Positions 52,714 to 63,145 are shown, counted from the first letter of the stretch. The stretch: DNA of 64,000 nucleotides from an uncultured delta proteobacterium (GCA_963735595.1 CAVTLK010000002.1:160001-224000); one strand, 5' to 3'. Notes: generated by a model from the letters alone, not told the origin. Translations and numbers: made by a program.

Positions 52714-53886
52714 CTACTCAATAACCCAGTCTCCCGTTACACCAAAGACGGCACACATCACCGGATCGGGGGCGATCTGATCGGGGGCACGGAACCGGCA
52801 TCCTCCCCCGCAGTCATCGATGTGTGGGCACGGGCCACAGGTAAGCTCATCGGCCCTGGTGATCGGCATCGACCGCCAGCAATCCAGTAACGAGTCCGCC
52901 GCGTCACCGACGGGTTGATCGGCAAAAAAACCGCATTTAGCGCCCTGGCCCGACGGTAGCACCGTCATGAGATGGTGGCCGCAGGCGAAACCGGGCGAGG
53001 AATGGCTGCCTCCTCCAAAGGCGTACTTCATAAGAGGGGCCGCCATTTCGGGCGTAACCGGCAGGCGGTCGTTTCGGACGAATCTCCCGGCTGCGCACGG
53101 CACGTCGATTCCCCAGGATACCGCGTCGATCTCCTGAATAAAGGCGGCCATGCGGTCGAACTCATCCATGTTTTCGCGATGAATCATCGTGGCGATAGAC
53201 ACGGCGATCCCCGCCGCCCGCACCGACTCAATCCCTCGCATTGCCCTGCCGAAAGATTTCGGCCCCCGGATAGCCTCGTGGCCGTGCTCCCACCCGTCAA
53301 GGGATATCTGCACTTCCTGGACTGCGAGCCGGCCCGCGGCCCGGTGGTTGATCAGCGTGCCATTGGTGATGAGGACACGGCGCATTGGCCGCCCGGCGGT
53401 TTGATCGAGGAGTTCAAATATTCGGGGATACAGCATTGGCTCCCCCCCCGATATAAGAAGCTTGAGACCTCCCATTTTCTCGAACTGGTCAACGACCGAA
53501 AGGGCCGCATCAAACGGTAAATCGACCGGGGAGAGAGCATCCTGATAACAGTGAAGGCAGGTCAGGTTGCATCGGGGGGTGACCTGAAGCTCAAGGAAGC
53601 GAAGAGACGGCAGGGGAGAGCGTGCCGTCCTGACCGGACGAGGGGATGGTTCAGGCAAGACGTCAAGAATTCCTTCGGAAAGGCAGTAGGCTATGAATTC
53701 GTCGTCATTTGCCACCAACTCCCCGCGGGCCGTTCCATCGCAGGCCGAGAGGAACGCGAACGCATCGTCGTTAATCTCGAACAGGTCGTCCGTATCGATA
53801 CGATAGACATACGGCTGTTCGAGCATCTTGAGAGACGCTTTCGGGCTCAGGGAGAGATATCCCGATTTCCAGTCCCTACTATTCAT
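52714..53886 (-). CDS. radical SAM/SPASM peptide maturase with N-terminal PqqD/RRE-like domain
   Basis: ~80-aa N-terminal extension (YVYRIDTDDLFEINDDAFAFLSACDG...YCLSEGIL), CNLTCLHC, SGGEP, and SPASM ACG...KC...CGPCPHIDDCGGGC...C. Confidence 0.88.
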   Translation of the reverse strand: MNSRDWKSGYLSLSPKASLKMLEQPYVYRIDTDDLFEINDDAFAFLSACDGTARGELVANDDEFIAYCLSEGILDVLPEPSPRPVRTARSPLPSLRFLELQVTPRCNLTCLHCYQDALSPVDLPFDAALSVVDQFEKMGGLKLLISGGEPMLYPRIFELLDQTAGRPMRRVLITNGTLINHRAAGRLAVQEVQISLDGWEHGHEAIRGPKSFGRAMRGIESVRAAGIAVSIATMIHRENMDEFDRMAAFIQEIDAVSWGIDVPCAAGRFVRNDRLPVTPEMAAPLMKYAFGGGSHSSPGFACGHHLMTVLPSGQGAKCGFFADQPVGDAADSLLDCWRSMPITRADELTCGPCPHIDDCGGGCRFRAPDQIAPDPVMCAVFGVTGDWVIE

Positions 53887-54247
53887 GAGCGATTGTCCGC
53901 AACATTTCGGAGGTTACCGTCCCGGTGCGGTAGAGGGCACACAGGATCACGAATCCTCCGCAGGCAACGGCATCAGCCGGAGGGGTCGGAAGTCTGAAGT
54001 CGCAACCGTCAAGCACGAACGGGCACGACCGGCAGATAAGCTCGAACAAAAGGCGATCACCTCGCTGGGCGTTATCGACCTCTTCCAGCTCCGGGAAGCT
54101 TGCGATCGTCAGAAGGCCGTTTTCCATCAGCGATACGGCCATAAGCGCCGCGCCGCAGGCCATTTCGTCCTTCTGTCCTTCCTTAAAGAAGGCGCAGTAC
54201 GGCCGACAGATGAAGCCGGAAAACTCCTTTTTTATGGGTTTTGTCAC
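53879..54247 (-). CDS. small Cys-rich hypothetical protein coupled to the radical SAM gene
   Basis: 122 aa, 8 Cys, internal two-fold repeat; stop overlaps the rSAM start by 8 nt. Confidence 0.75.
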   Translation of the reverse strand: MTKPIKKEFSGFICRPYCAFFKEGQKDEMACGAALMAVSLMENGLLTIASFPELEEVDNAQRGDRLLFELICRSCPFVLDGCDFRLPTPPADAVACGGFVILCALYRTGTVTSEMLRTIAHE

Positions 54248-54358
54248 TACCGAATTTCAACCTTGGGAAATAGTGTCGGGTGAAACGGGCGCGAACCGCC
54301 GGCGAAGAGAAGGCCGGAGATTGTCCGTCGCTTCGAGTAAAAAGCTGAGCGGCCGTTG

Positions 54359-54391
54359 AAAAAAAAGGGCCGAACGCTTCTTTCGGCCCTT
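54359..54391 (-). terminator. intrinsic terminator after the short peptide gene
   Basis: Minus strand aagggccgaa-agaagcg-ttcggccc followed by T8. Confidence 0.85.
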
Positions 54392-54413
54392 GAGAGCGAG
54401 GTGCAGGAAATCT

Positions 54414-54476
54414 TCAGCAGGAACGACCACACTTACACAAGCCCTTGGCAACCTTTTGGACCTTCTTGATCTTCAT
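54414..54476 (-). CDS. putative RiPP precursor peptide MKIKKVQKVAKGLCKCGRSC (20 aa)
   Basis: Below the ORF-track cut-off. AAAGGAGGAGCC directly before ATG, own promoter and terminator, Lys-rich leader and Cys-rich core. Confidence 0.75.
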   Translation of the reverse strand: MKIKKVQKVAKGLCKCGRSC

Positions 54477-54577
54477 GGCTCCTCCTTTGCCCGTGCGGGC
54501 ATATCGTTTATGAGCGATACACTACAAAGTCTTACAAACGCTTCTTTAATAATCCACCTTAAGCATAATTTAAAAAT

Positions 54578-54605
54578 ATTTTATCACTCAAAGGCGTAAA
54601 GTCAA
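54578..54605 (-). promoter_or_regulatory. sigma70 promoter of the peptide/rSAM cassette
   Basis: Minus strand TTGACT-16-TAAAAT with extended -10 TG. Confidence 0.6.
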
Positions 54606-54853
54606 GGAAAAAGTAATGATATCAATGTGTTACTATTTTCACGTTCGTAGCACGATTATAACGCCATCGCGTTTCTTTCTCACGATCGAGGTGGAAGATT
54701 ATCAGGACAAACCGGGCCGGATGTCACGACTATCCCCAGTGTACTATAACGTCTATATTGGGTGTGCATCAGTCAGTTATTCATTGACTTTAGCCGTCTT
54801 GTCTGATTAAAATGGAGCCGTCATTGATTATTCTTTTTCTAGGCGGAGCTACA

Positions 54854-56173
54854 ATGAAACTCTGTATGATCGGCACCGGTTATGTGGGCCTTGTTACCGG
54901 TTGCTGTTTTGCCGATATGGGCAACGATGTTATTTGCGTGGACAACAACCCGGAAAAGATAGAACGGTTGAAAAAGGGCGCCGTCGACATCTACGAGCCG
55001 GGGCTCTCAGATCTGATGAGACGAAACCTCTCCCATGACAGACTTTCTTTTACTACCGATCTGGCGCACGGGGTGAAAAGCGCGGAGATTATCTTCATCG
55101 CCGTGGGAACGCCCCCCAATGACGACGGGAAGGCCGATACTTCCCAGGTCATGAATGTCGCCCGGTCGATCGGAAAGGCCATGAACGGCTATAAGATAAT
55201 CGTGACCAAGAGCACCGTCCCGGTCGGTACGACGGAGTCGGTGGGAGATGCCGTTGCGCGGGAAACAAACCACCCATTTGATATCGTTTCGAATCCTGAG
55301 TTCCTGAAAGAAGGCGCCGCGGTGGAGGACTTCATGCGCCCGGAGCGGATCGTGATCGGTAGCCGGAGCCCTAAGGCTACCGAGGGCATGAGGGAGCTCT
55401 ACGCGCCCTACACCCGTACCGGTAACCCTATCCTGGTCATGGATATACGCTCGGCCGAGCTTTCCAAATACGCCGCCAACGCGCTATTGGCCACGAAGAT
55501 CTCCTTTATGAACGAGATCGCAAATCTCTGCGACCACCTTGGCGCCGATATCGAGTCAATTCGGCTCGCCATAGGCGCCGATTCGCGAATTGGTCATAAG
55601 TTCCTATTCGCGGGCGTAGGTTTTGGGGGATCGTGTTTCCCCAAGGACCTGTCGGCACTGATAGCTACTGCAGATACCGTTGCTTACCGGGCGGACATTA
55701 TTCGTGCGGTAAAGGACGTAAATGACCGCCAGCGCGACGTATTCGTCAACAAGATACGGACCCATTTCGGTGACAGCCTGAAAGACCGTTCCATCGCCCT
55801 CTGGGGCCTTTCATTCAAGCCCAATACGGATGACATCCGTGACGCGCCCGCCGTGTTTATTGCCGAAGGACTTCTTACGAGTGGCGCAAGGGTCAGCGCC
55901 TTTGACCCGGCGGGCACCGAGAATTTCCGCGCCCGGTTTGGAAAGAGCATTCGCTACGCCCGCTCCGCGTACGACGCCGTTAAAGACGCCGACGCGCTTT
56001 GCCTCCTTACCGAATGGAACGAGTTCAGGAATCCTGATTTCGAGCGGATGAAACGGACGATGAAGAGCCCCGTCATCTTCGACGGGAGAAATCAATACAA
56101 TCGGGAAGAGCTGGAGCGGACCGGATTCGTTTACTATTGCGTCGGCAGGCCTTCGGGGGAAATGCGCACATGA
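54854..56173 (+). CDS. ugd: UDP-glucose 6-dehydrogenase
   Basis: [34 protein letters not shown] (catalytic Cys). Confidence 0.93.
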   Translation: MKLCMIGTGYVGLVTGCCFADMGNDVICVDNNPEKIERLKKGAVDIYEPGLSDLMRRNLSHDRLSFTTDLAHGVKSAEIIFIAVGTPPNDDGKADTSQVMNVARSIGKAMNGYKIIVTKSTVPVGTTESVGDAVARETNHPFDIVSNPEFLKEGAAVEDFMRPERIVIGSRSPKATEGMRELYAPYTRTGNPILVMDIRSAELSKYAANALLATKISFMNEIANLCDHLGADIESIRLAIGADSRIGHKFLFAGVGFGGSCFPKDLSALIATADTVAYRADIIRAVKDVNDRQRDVFVNKIRTHFGDSLKDRSIALWGLSFKPNTDDIRDAPAVFIAEGLLTSGARVSAFDPAGTENFRARFGKSIRYARSAYDAVKDADALCLLTEWNEFRNPDFERMKRTMKSPVIFDGRNQYNREELERTGFVYYCVGRPSGEMRT

Positions 56174-57105
56174 CCGGATCTATCCTCGTTACCGGGGGCG
56201 CGGGCTTTATCGGCGTTCATCTCTGTGAGCGGCTCCTCGATGAGGGCAACGAGGTTGTCTGCCTTGACAACTTTTATACCGGTAACCGGCAACATATCAA
56301 TGACTTGTTGGCTCACCCGCGTTTTACGCTCATCGACCGGGACGTCCGTGATCCGGGAGATATACCGGCCGTCACCCGAATATATAACCTTGCCTGCCCC
56401 GCGTCGCCGATTCATTACCAGCGCGATCGGGTCATGACGGCCCTGACCTGCGTCATTGGCGCGGACCGGATGCTCAATCTTGCCGGCATGTTCGGCGCCC
56501 GGGTCCTGTTTGCGTCGACTTCGGAGGTCTATGGTGATCCGGCGGTTTCTCCACAGACCGAGTCTTACTGGGGAAACGTCAATCCCAACGGAGTGCGCAG
56601 CTGCTACGACGAGGGTAAGCGCCTCGCCGAGAGCCTCGCGGTCTCTTACTATGAACAGGCCGGCGTCGACATACGAATCGCCCGTATATTCAATACGTAT
56701 GGGCCGAGGATGGATGTCAACGACGGGCGGGTAGTCTCCAACTTTATTGTGCAGGCGCTTTCGGGAAGGCCGATGACGGTCTTCGGCGACGGGAGCCAGA
56801 CACGGTCGTTCTGCTACGTGTCTGACATGGTGGAAGGGCTGGTCCGGCTCATGGAAGGCCCGGCCTATACCGGCCCGACTAACCTCGGCAATCCCGAGGA
56901 GCGTTCCGTCCTCGAGTTTGCCCGCCTCATCAAGGAGATGACGGAAAGCCAATCGCCGATCGTCTTTGAGACCCTCCCCCCCGATGACCCGAAGGTGCGC
57001 CGGCCCGATATCAACAAGGCGTACGCCGAGCTCGGCTGGGAGCCTTCCGTATCCCTGGAAGAGGGGCTGAGGGAGGCGATCGCCTATTTCCGGACGATTG
57101 TCTGA
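56170..57105 (+). CDS. UDP-glucuronate decarboxylase (UDP-xylose synthase family)
   Basis: [47 protein letters not shown] overlap with ugd. Confidence 0.9.
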   Translation: MTGSILVTGGAGFIGVHLCERLLDEGNEVVCLDNFYTGNRQHINDLLAHPRFTLIDRDVRDPGDIPAVTRIYNLACPASPIHYQRDRVMTALTCVIGADRMLNLAGMFGARVLFASTSEVYGDPAVSPQTESYWGNVNPNGVRSCYDEGKRLAESLAVSYYEQAGVDIRIARIFNTYGPRMDVNDGRVVSNFIVQALSGRPMTVFGDGSQTRSFCYVSDMVEGLVRLMEGPAYTGPTNLGNPEERSVLEFARLIKEMTESQSPIVFETLPPDDPKVRRPDINKAYAELGWEPSVSLEEGLREAIAYFRTIV

Positions 57106-57247
57106 ACAGAAGGGCCGTACCCGCGCCCAACCGCGGGTATGCAGGGACGGCCGATAGACGGTAATCCGGACACGGCTTGCGCGGGGCAACCTCTCGATTT
57201 CCACAGGGAACGGCTGCGCACTATCGTCGTTCTATCCGGTCATCCCC

Positions 57248-58666
57248 TTATCGGCTATTCGGCTGTTTAAGAAACCTCCCGTAATCGACGACCTTCCTCA
57301 ACGCCCACAGCGCCCGCGCAGACGAGGGGAACGTGGGGATCTTTGCCTCCACGAACCGGAGCCCGAGATCCTTTTCGGCCAGGGCAAAATAAAACTCCGG
57401 GATATCCGCGAAGATAACCGTCTTCCCCGTCGCCTGCCTGGCGGCTACCAGCTCCTCCATGAAGCTCCGGTTCGTTTCGGCGGAAAAGGTGCCCCCGATG
57501 ATCAGCAGCGCGTCCACGCCCGGGTCTTCCAGCACTATCCTGGCCGGCTCGGTATAGAGCCGGAAGTCGACCGAAGCCGAAAGCCCCACGTCCACCGGAT
57601 TGGCAACCGATGTACCGGTTTCCGGGATGATCGAGGTGATGCGCTGCCTGGTCGCCGGCGAAAGCTGCGCGAGTGAAAGGCCGGAGCGTTCCAACTCATC
57701 TGCCGCCGCCACCGCGAACCCCCCCGGTCCCGACAGGATAGCCACACGGTTTCCGGTTTCGGGGGGGATAAACTTAAAGGCCATGACCGCATCCAGGAGC
57801 CCGTCCATATCGGCGACCTGCACCGCTCCGGCCTGGGTAAGCGCCCCCTCCCAGAGGGACGGCAGACCCGCCAGCGACCCGGTGTGCGAGTGCGCGCTGG
57901 CCGCCCCGTATCCCGTCAACCCCGCCTTCCAGATTACAACCGGTTTTATACGGGAGACCCTTGCGAGCGTCTCGAAAAAGCGGCGGCCTTCCGGTACGCC
58001 CTCGATGTAGGCGGTGATGACGGCGGTCTTCGGGTCGGAAGCCAGGTACGAGAAGAAGTCCGACGGCGCGAGATCGGCCGCGTTGCCGAAGCTGACCGCC
58101 TTGGAAAAAAAGAGCCCCCGGGAGACGCCCCGGAGCACGATAAACGAGGTGAGGGACCCGCTGCCGGAAACGAGCGCCGTATCGCCCTCATCCATCGGCA
58201 TAGAGGGGAAAGACGACATGCGGGCCTCGGACGAATAGACCCCCATGCAGTTGGGGCCGATGAGACGGACGCCGCAGGCGTGCGCGTGCTCCACGAGCCT
58301 GCACTGCTCGTCTTGCCCGTCAACACCCAGCTCGGAGAACCCCGCCGTGAAGATAACCGCCGCCTTTGCACCCTTGACGCCCAGTTCTTCGATAACGGGA
58401 TAGAGGTGCTTCTTGGGCACCAGGACTACCGCCAGGTCGATCGACCCCGGGATGTCGGCGACCCGCCGGTAGACGGGCAACCCGTCGATCGTATCGATCC
58501 GCGGGTTTACCGGGTAGATAGTCCCCCGGTACCCGGCCGAGAGAAGCCCCATCAGAAAGAGGCGGCCCATCTTCATCCCCTCAGGCACACCAACCATGGC
58601 TATGCTGCGGGGATTGAAGGCGGCCTCCATTACGGAGTTGATATCGCCGGTGTCGTTTCGTGTCAT
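57248..58666 (-). CDS. acyl-CoA ligase (ADP-forming) alpha-subunit family, CoA-binding protein
   Basis: PRSIAMVG, IYPVNP, GFSE, LIGPNCMG, SHTGSLAG (phospho-His), NPVD; GGAGGT RBS. Confidence 0.9.
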   Translation of the reverse strand: MTRNDTGDINSVMEAAFNPRSIAMVGVPEGMKMGRLFLMGLLSAGYRGTIYPVNPRIDTIDGLPVYRRVADIPGSIDLAVVLVPKKHLYPVIEELGVKGAKAAVIFTAGFSELGVDGQDEQCRLVEHAHACGVRLIGPNCMGVYSSEARMSSFPSMPMDEGDTALVSGSGSLTSFIVLRGVSRGLFFSKAVSFGNAADLAPSDFFSYLASDPKTAVITAYIEGVPEGRRFFETLARVSRIKPVVIWKAGLTGYGAASAHSHTGSLAGLPSLWEGALTQAGAVQVADMDGLLDAVMAFKFIPPETGNRVAILSGPGGFAVAAADELERSGLSLAQLSPATRQRITSIIPETGTSVANPVDVGLSASVDFRLYTEPARIVLEDPGVDALLIIGGTFSAETNRSFMEELVAARQATGKTVIFADIPEFYFALAEKDLGLRFVEAKIPTFPSSARALWALRKVVDYGRFLKQPNSR

Positions 58667-58749
58667 AACGTAAACCTCCGCCGACCACGCTACCACAGGG
58701 GGGGCGGGAAGTAAAGCGTGAGATATCGTTTATCCCTGAAAAGCGGCGA

Positions 58750-58778
58750 TTGACAGGAGTACGCACAACGTTTACAAT
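58750..58778 (+). promoter_or_regulatory. sigma70 promoter
   Basis: TTGACA-17-TACAAT. Confidence 0.7.
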
Positions 58779-58813
58779 AAACAGTAATGCTATAATCAAA
58801 CATCGAGGCCGTT

Positions 58814-59875
58814 ATGAGAAAGGTGTTACTTGCCGTACTGCTCGTCCTGGCAAGCCTTCCTGCCGCCGCCGACGAGATTACCGCCGTCACTATCAACGTA
58901 TGGTCGGGGATCGACTACGAGGGGACCCTGAAGATGGGTGAATACGAATCACGGGACGTCCGCGAGCAGCGCTACCAGTTGCTGCTTGCCGAATTAAAGG
59001 AAATCAACCCGGATGTCGTGGCGCTCAACGAGGCCAACCCGCTGCCGCGCTACGCCAGGCGGCTTGCCCGCGACCTTGATATGGATTTCGTCTATTCGGT
59101 CGGTATGGGAGGTTTGAGGGTCGGGCCGGTCGGCATTCCTACTAATTTCAGGGAAGGGGACGCGATACTTGCCAGGAAGGGCCTCGGACTTTCCCGCCTC
59201 GGGAAAGAGCGGCTCTCGGGCAAGGGTATCATCACTAATTTCGTCACGCTGCACGCCAGTGAATCCAACCAGGTGATCGGGGCGGCGATCGTCGTAAACG
59301 GTAAAACCGTGTATCTCTTTAACACACACGTGCACGCCAGCCCTCCGTATGACCAGGCGTTTTTGGACCGGCTGGACGGCCTGTTTCGGGAGGGTAAGCT
59401 GACCGAGGAGGGGCTTGCCCGTGCAAAGGCGTCAATCGCCGACGGGCAGAAGTGGCGGGCCGGCGAGATCGAGAAGCTGCTCGACTTTATCGCCCAAAAG
59501 ACCCCTGCGGGCGCCCCCGTCATCCTCATGGGGGACTTCAACGCCGAGGCCTATACGCCCGAGATGCAGCCGGTCTTCGATCGCGGATTTATCGATACGT
59601 TCGGGACAAAAAATCCGGACGATCCCGGCCACACCTGGAACCCGGCCGCAAATCTCAACAGCGTCTACTACGAAAAGCCGCGGGGGGAGCAAACCCCGGA
59701 AACAATTGCGGGAGGCCTCGATGACCTGGTATCCAAGCGTATTGATTTTATCTTTGCCGCCGGTCCGTTCCGGGTGGGCGACGTCGTAGAGAGCCGGGTA
59801 GTGTTTGACCGGGCGGTGAACGGTCGTCACCCGTCGGACCACTTCGGGCTGATGAGCGTGATACAAATCCCGTAG
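58814..59875 (+). CDS. secreted endonuclease/exonuclease/phosphatase (EEP) family protein
   Basis: Signal peptide, TINV, DVVALNE, NTHVH, MGDFNA, RIDFIF, PSDH. Confidence 0.9.
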   Translation: MRKVLLAVLLVLASLPAAADEITAVTINVWSGIDYEGTLKMGEYESRDVREQRYQLLLAELKEINPDVVALNEANPLPRYARRLARDLDMDFVYSVGMGGLRVGPVGIPTNFREGDAILARKGLGLSRLGKERLSGKGIITNFVTLHASESNQVIGAAIVVNGKTVYLFNTHVHASPPYDQAFLDRLDGLFREGKLTEEGLARAKASIADGQKWRAGEIEKLLDFIAQKTPAGAPVILMGDFNAEAYTPEMQPVFDRGFIDTFGTKNPDDPGHTWNPAANLNSVYYEKPRGEQTPETIAGGLDDLVSKRIDFIFAAGPFRVGDVVESRVVFDRAVNGRHPSDHFGLMSVIQIP

Positions 59876-59941
59876 CGGACCGAGTATTTTGAATAGGACG
59901 GCGGCTTTCATATTCGACAGAAGCCGAAGACGGAACGGAGC

Positions 59942-60409
59942 ATGGGCGTAGACGTACGATGTACCGTGATTTCCCGTATGTTTGGAATCCGGGGCGGCCT
60001 TTTTTCGCTCCTGATCTTGTGCGCATTGCTGCGGCCGGGTGGGTCGGCCGCACTCGATACCGCGAAAATCACGGTCGGCGGCGTGCCGCTCGTGGTCGAG
60101 GTGGCCGACGATGTGATGGAACGGTCGATGGGCCTCATGTACCGGGAGTCGCTGCCTCACGACCGGGGGATGCTCTTCGTCTACCCGGACGAGGTGTCCC
60201 TTGCTTTCTGGATGAAAAACACCCGCATCCCCCTCTCGATCGCCTTTGCCGACGCCGAAGGCGTGATCATCGCGATCATGGATATGTTCCCGGACGACGG
60301 GCGGGTGCGCTACCGGTCCCCCGGCCCGGCGAAATACGCCCTCGAGGTAAACCGGGGGTGGTTTGCCGAGGGGGGGATTAAAGTCGGAAGCAAGATAGAC
60401 CTGAACTGA
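59942..60409 (+). CDS. DUF192-family protein
   Basis: VEVAD..ER.MGLMYR, GMLFVY, FWMKNTRIPLSIAF, YALEVNRG; start uncertain. Confidence 0.9.
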   Translation: MGVDVRCTVISRMFGIRGGLFSLLILCALLRPGGSAALDTAKITVGGVPLVVEVADDVMERSMGLMYRESLPHDRGMLFVYPDEVSLAFWMKNTRIPLSIAFADAEGVIIAIMDMFPDDGRVRYRSPGPAKYALEVNRGWFAEGGIKVGSKIDLN

Positions 60410-60426
60410 CGGTTTACGTTGACGGT

Positions 60427-61080
60427 CTATGTTGATCTGTCGTTGACGATTCCCGTGAGTAGACCTGTGAGCGCCGGAAGGTTTTCATCAATGTCGACGT
60501 CCCGGGATTCATGTATGCCGGCCGGAGTAAGCCCGAACCCGACCGAGTATCCCGCCGCCTCAAACATCGGGATATCCGAGCTGCCGTCGCCCACGGCGAT
60601 GACCTCGGAAGGGCTCACCCCGACCCGTCGGGCGAACCGGGCCAGCTCCTTTCCCTTGCCGTCGTGGGGGACGAGGACCTCGACCCCGCCGGTGAAGACG
60701 CCGTCCGCGGTAATCAGCCTGTTCGCGACGGCATAGTCCACCCCAAAATCGGCCCCGATACGGTCTGTCAACAGCGTCAAACCCGTGGAGATGAGTGCGG
60801 TCTTAAGACATAAATACCGGGCCGTCCCGAATAGCTCCCCGATCCCCTCCCGGTAGGGGAGGCGGGAGACGATTGCTGCGAGATCTTCCACCGGTCTCCC
60901 CGCCCAGAGGGCGGCGTCGCGCTCGCAAAACTCCCGGTAATCGATTGCGCCGGCAATGAACTCCTCCTGATAGCGCGCCGCATTGCCCTCCCAGAGGCCA
61001 AGCTCTTCGTGGATAAACTGCCAGACGCTCTTGTGGGTCGTGAGGACCCCGCAGACGTCCAGCGCCAGCGCCTTGTACAT
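60427..61080 (-). CDS. HAD-family phosphatase (phosphoserine phosphatase-like)
   Basis: Motif I DVCGVL, ISTG, K, GDGSSD. Confidence 0.85.
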   Translation of the reverse strand: MYKALALDVCGVLTTHKSVWQFIHEELGLWEGNAARYQEEFIAGAIDYREFCERDAALWAGRPVEDLAAIVSRLPYREGIGELFGTARYLCLKTALISTGLTLLTDRIGADFGVDYAVANRLITADGVFTGGVEVLVPHDGKGKELARFARRVGVSPSEVIAVGDGSSDIPMFEAAGYSVGFGLTPAGIHESRDVDIDENLPALTGLLTGIVNDRST

Positions 61081-61257
61081 CGGTATTGCCCTCCGTTGTC
61101 AGTATAGGCCGAGACCGTTGTCGAGTCAAGACGGCGGGTCGGTTTTTTCTTTTTCTCCCCGGTGCATCCTGTTATAATGATTCCCTGCCGGGTGGCTTGC
61201 CGATCGGCAGGGAATTACCCCTATAATCCCCATACCATACTCGAGAGGTTACCTGCC

Positions 61258-62409
61258 ATGCTCTACCAGATTTCGGAAGAACAGCGCATCATGCTCAACA
61301 CGGTTCGGGAGTTTTGCGAGAAGAACGTAAAGCCTGTTGAGGAGGAAAACGATAAGAAGGGGGGGTGCCCGGAAAAGCTCGTGGATGCGATGAAGGAGAT
61401 GGGGCTCTTCGGCTTCGGCGTGCCGGAGGCCTACGGCGGGACATTCAGGGACTATTTTTCGGTCACGCTGTTATCCGAGGAGATCTCCCGCTATTCGCCG
61501 TCGCTGGGGACGGTCATGGGGGCCTCGTCGCTCTTGTTCGGCAATAACCTGGCCCGGCACGGCACCGAAGAGCAGAAGAAGCGGTTCCTGCCCAGGATCG
61601 CATCGGGCGAGTGGATCGGCTGTATGGGGCTCACGGAGCCGGGCGCGGGGTCCGACGCCGTCTCGCTGACCACCCGGGCCGTCAAGGACGGCAATTCGTA
61701 CGTCCTGACGGGGACGAAGACGTTCATATCCAACGCACCGATTTGTGACGTGGCCTACGTCTACGCCACGCTGGACAAGAAACTGGGCGCCAAGGGGGTA
61801 TGCACCTTTGTCGTCGAGCGGGATACGCCCGGTTTTTCGGTGGGCAAGGAATTTGACAAGATGGGCCTTCGTTCCTCGCCGACCGGGGAGCTGGTTTTCG
61901 AGGAGTGCCGCGTGCCCGCTGAAAACCTCGTGGGCGGCGCGGAGGGGGTCGGCGTCCGGCAGATGATGGGCGGTCTGGACACGGAGCGGGTCTGCTGGAG
62001 CTCGCTGGCCCTGGGCCTCGCGCAGGGCGCTTTCGAGGAGGCGCTGGCATATTCCCAGCAGCGCGAGCAATTCAATACCCCCATCTTCAACTTCCAGATG
62101 GTCCAGAAGCTTCTGGCCGACATGGCCACCGAGATCGAGGCGGCGCGCCTCCTGGTCTATAACGGGGCCGCGATCATCGACCAGGGGGGCGACGGGCGGC
62201 TTGCCGCCTCCTACGCGAAGCTTTTTACCTGCGATATGGTCATGCGGGTGACCACCGACGCGGTGCAGGTCCACGGCGGCTACGGGTACACGAAGGAATA
62301 CCGGGTTGAGCGGATGATGCGGGACGCCAAGGTCTTTGCCATCGGCGCGGGCACCTCGGAGGTGCAGCGGATGATCATCTGCCACTACCTGAGGGGAAAG
62401 GGGATATGA
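61258..62409 (+). CDS. acyl-CoA dehydrogenase, isovaleryl-CoA dehydrogenase-like
   Basis: [17 protein letters not shown] (IVD-type catalytic Glu), IGAGTSE instead of IYEGT. Confidence 0.9.
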   Translation: MLYQISEEQRIMLNTVREFCEKNVKPVEEENDKKGGCPEKLVDAMKEMGLFGFGVPEAYGGTFRDYFSVTLLSEEISRYSPSLGTVMGASSLLFGNNLARHGTEEQKKRFLPRIASGEWIGCMGLTEPGAGSDAVSLTTRAVKDGNSYVLTGTKTFISNAPICDVAYVYATLDKKLGAKGVCTFVVERDTPGFSVGKEFDKMGLRSSPTGELVFEECRVPAENLVGGAEGVGVRQMMGGLDTERVCWSSLALGLAQGAFEEALAYSQQREQFNTPIFNFQMVQKLLADMATEIEAARLLVYNGAAIIDQGGDGRLAASYAKLFTCDMVMRVTTDAVQVHGGYGYTKEYRVERMMRDAKVFAIGAGTSEVQRMIICHYLRGKGI

Positions 62410-62714
62410 CGGGGAGCGCTGCCGGCGGCCGGGGGGAAGAAAAGAGGCCGTCTATCTTCGGAAGAGCGGTGCGGTGGGTCAGGCGCGTCCCGATGGGGAT
62501 GATCCGGCTTTACCAGGCGACGATCTCGCCGGACCACAGCCCGCTGATGACGCGGCTCCTACGGGGAGGCGTATGCCGGTTTCACCCGACCTGCTCGCAG
62601 TACACCTACGAGGCCATCGAGAGATACGGGGTCTTCAAGGGGGGGGCGATGGGGATCTGGCGGATAGCGCGATGTAATCCCTTCAATCCGGGCGGGATAG
62701 ACCCGGTGCCGTAA
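62406..62714 (+). CDS. yidD: membrane protein insertion efficiency factor YidD
   Basis: [26 protein letters not shown]...[15 protein letters not shown]. Confidence 0.9.
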   Translation: MTGSAAGGRGEEKRPSIFGRAVRWVRRVPMGMIRLYQATISPDHSPLMTRLLRGGVCRFHPTCSQYTYEAIERYGVFKGGAMGIWRIARCNPFNPGGIDPVP

Positions 62715-62758
62715 GCGATCCTAATAATCCGGGCGTTTCTAAGGGGACGCACGCCCCC

Positions 62759-63034
62759 CTAAAACTTGTTGAGTATCATCAATATCCCGATGATGATAAA
62801 GGCAGAGCCCGCCACGTAGTGGATGATATGCGCCGGGATGAACCGGGTGATCACCCCGCCCAGCAGCACCGCCAGGAGCGACGTCAGCACGAGGGCCAGC
62901 GCCGAGCCGAGGAATATCCACACTAACCCCTCTTTATGTTCGGCGGCCATCGCCATGACTGCAAGCTGGGTCTTGTCGCCCAGCTCAGCAATAAAGATCG
63001 TCCCGAGCACCGTAAAAAAGAGCTTCAGATCCAT
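62759..63034 (-). CDS. TMEM165/GDT1 (UPF0016) half-size cation transporter
   Basis: FIAELGDKTQL signature, 3 TMs. Confidence 0.9.
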   Translation of the reverse strand: MDLKLFFTVLGTIFIAELGDKTQLAVMAMAAEHKEGLVWIFLGSALALVLTSLLAVLLGGVITRFIPAHIIHYVAGSAFIIIGILMILNKF

Positions 63035-63145
63035 CGCACCGCCTCCTATCTAAGGAACGATCGTCTAAAATACAACAACAGGCCGAAACAGTGGTTCCGG
63101 CCCGGAGATGAAAAGAATGCAGGGGGCGATGTCTATCGCGCCCCG

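Noticed and set aside
54200..54416. Selenocysteine read-through of the TGA ending the 20-aa peptide
   Set aside because: No SECIS-like hairpin directly after the TGA; the hairpin present is a terminator with T8, and the read-through sequence looks non-coding. Not fully excluded.
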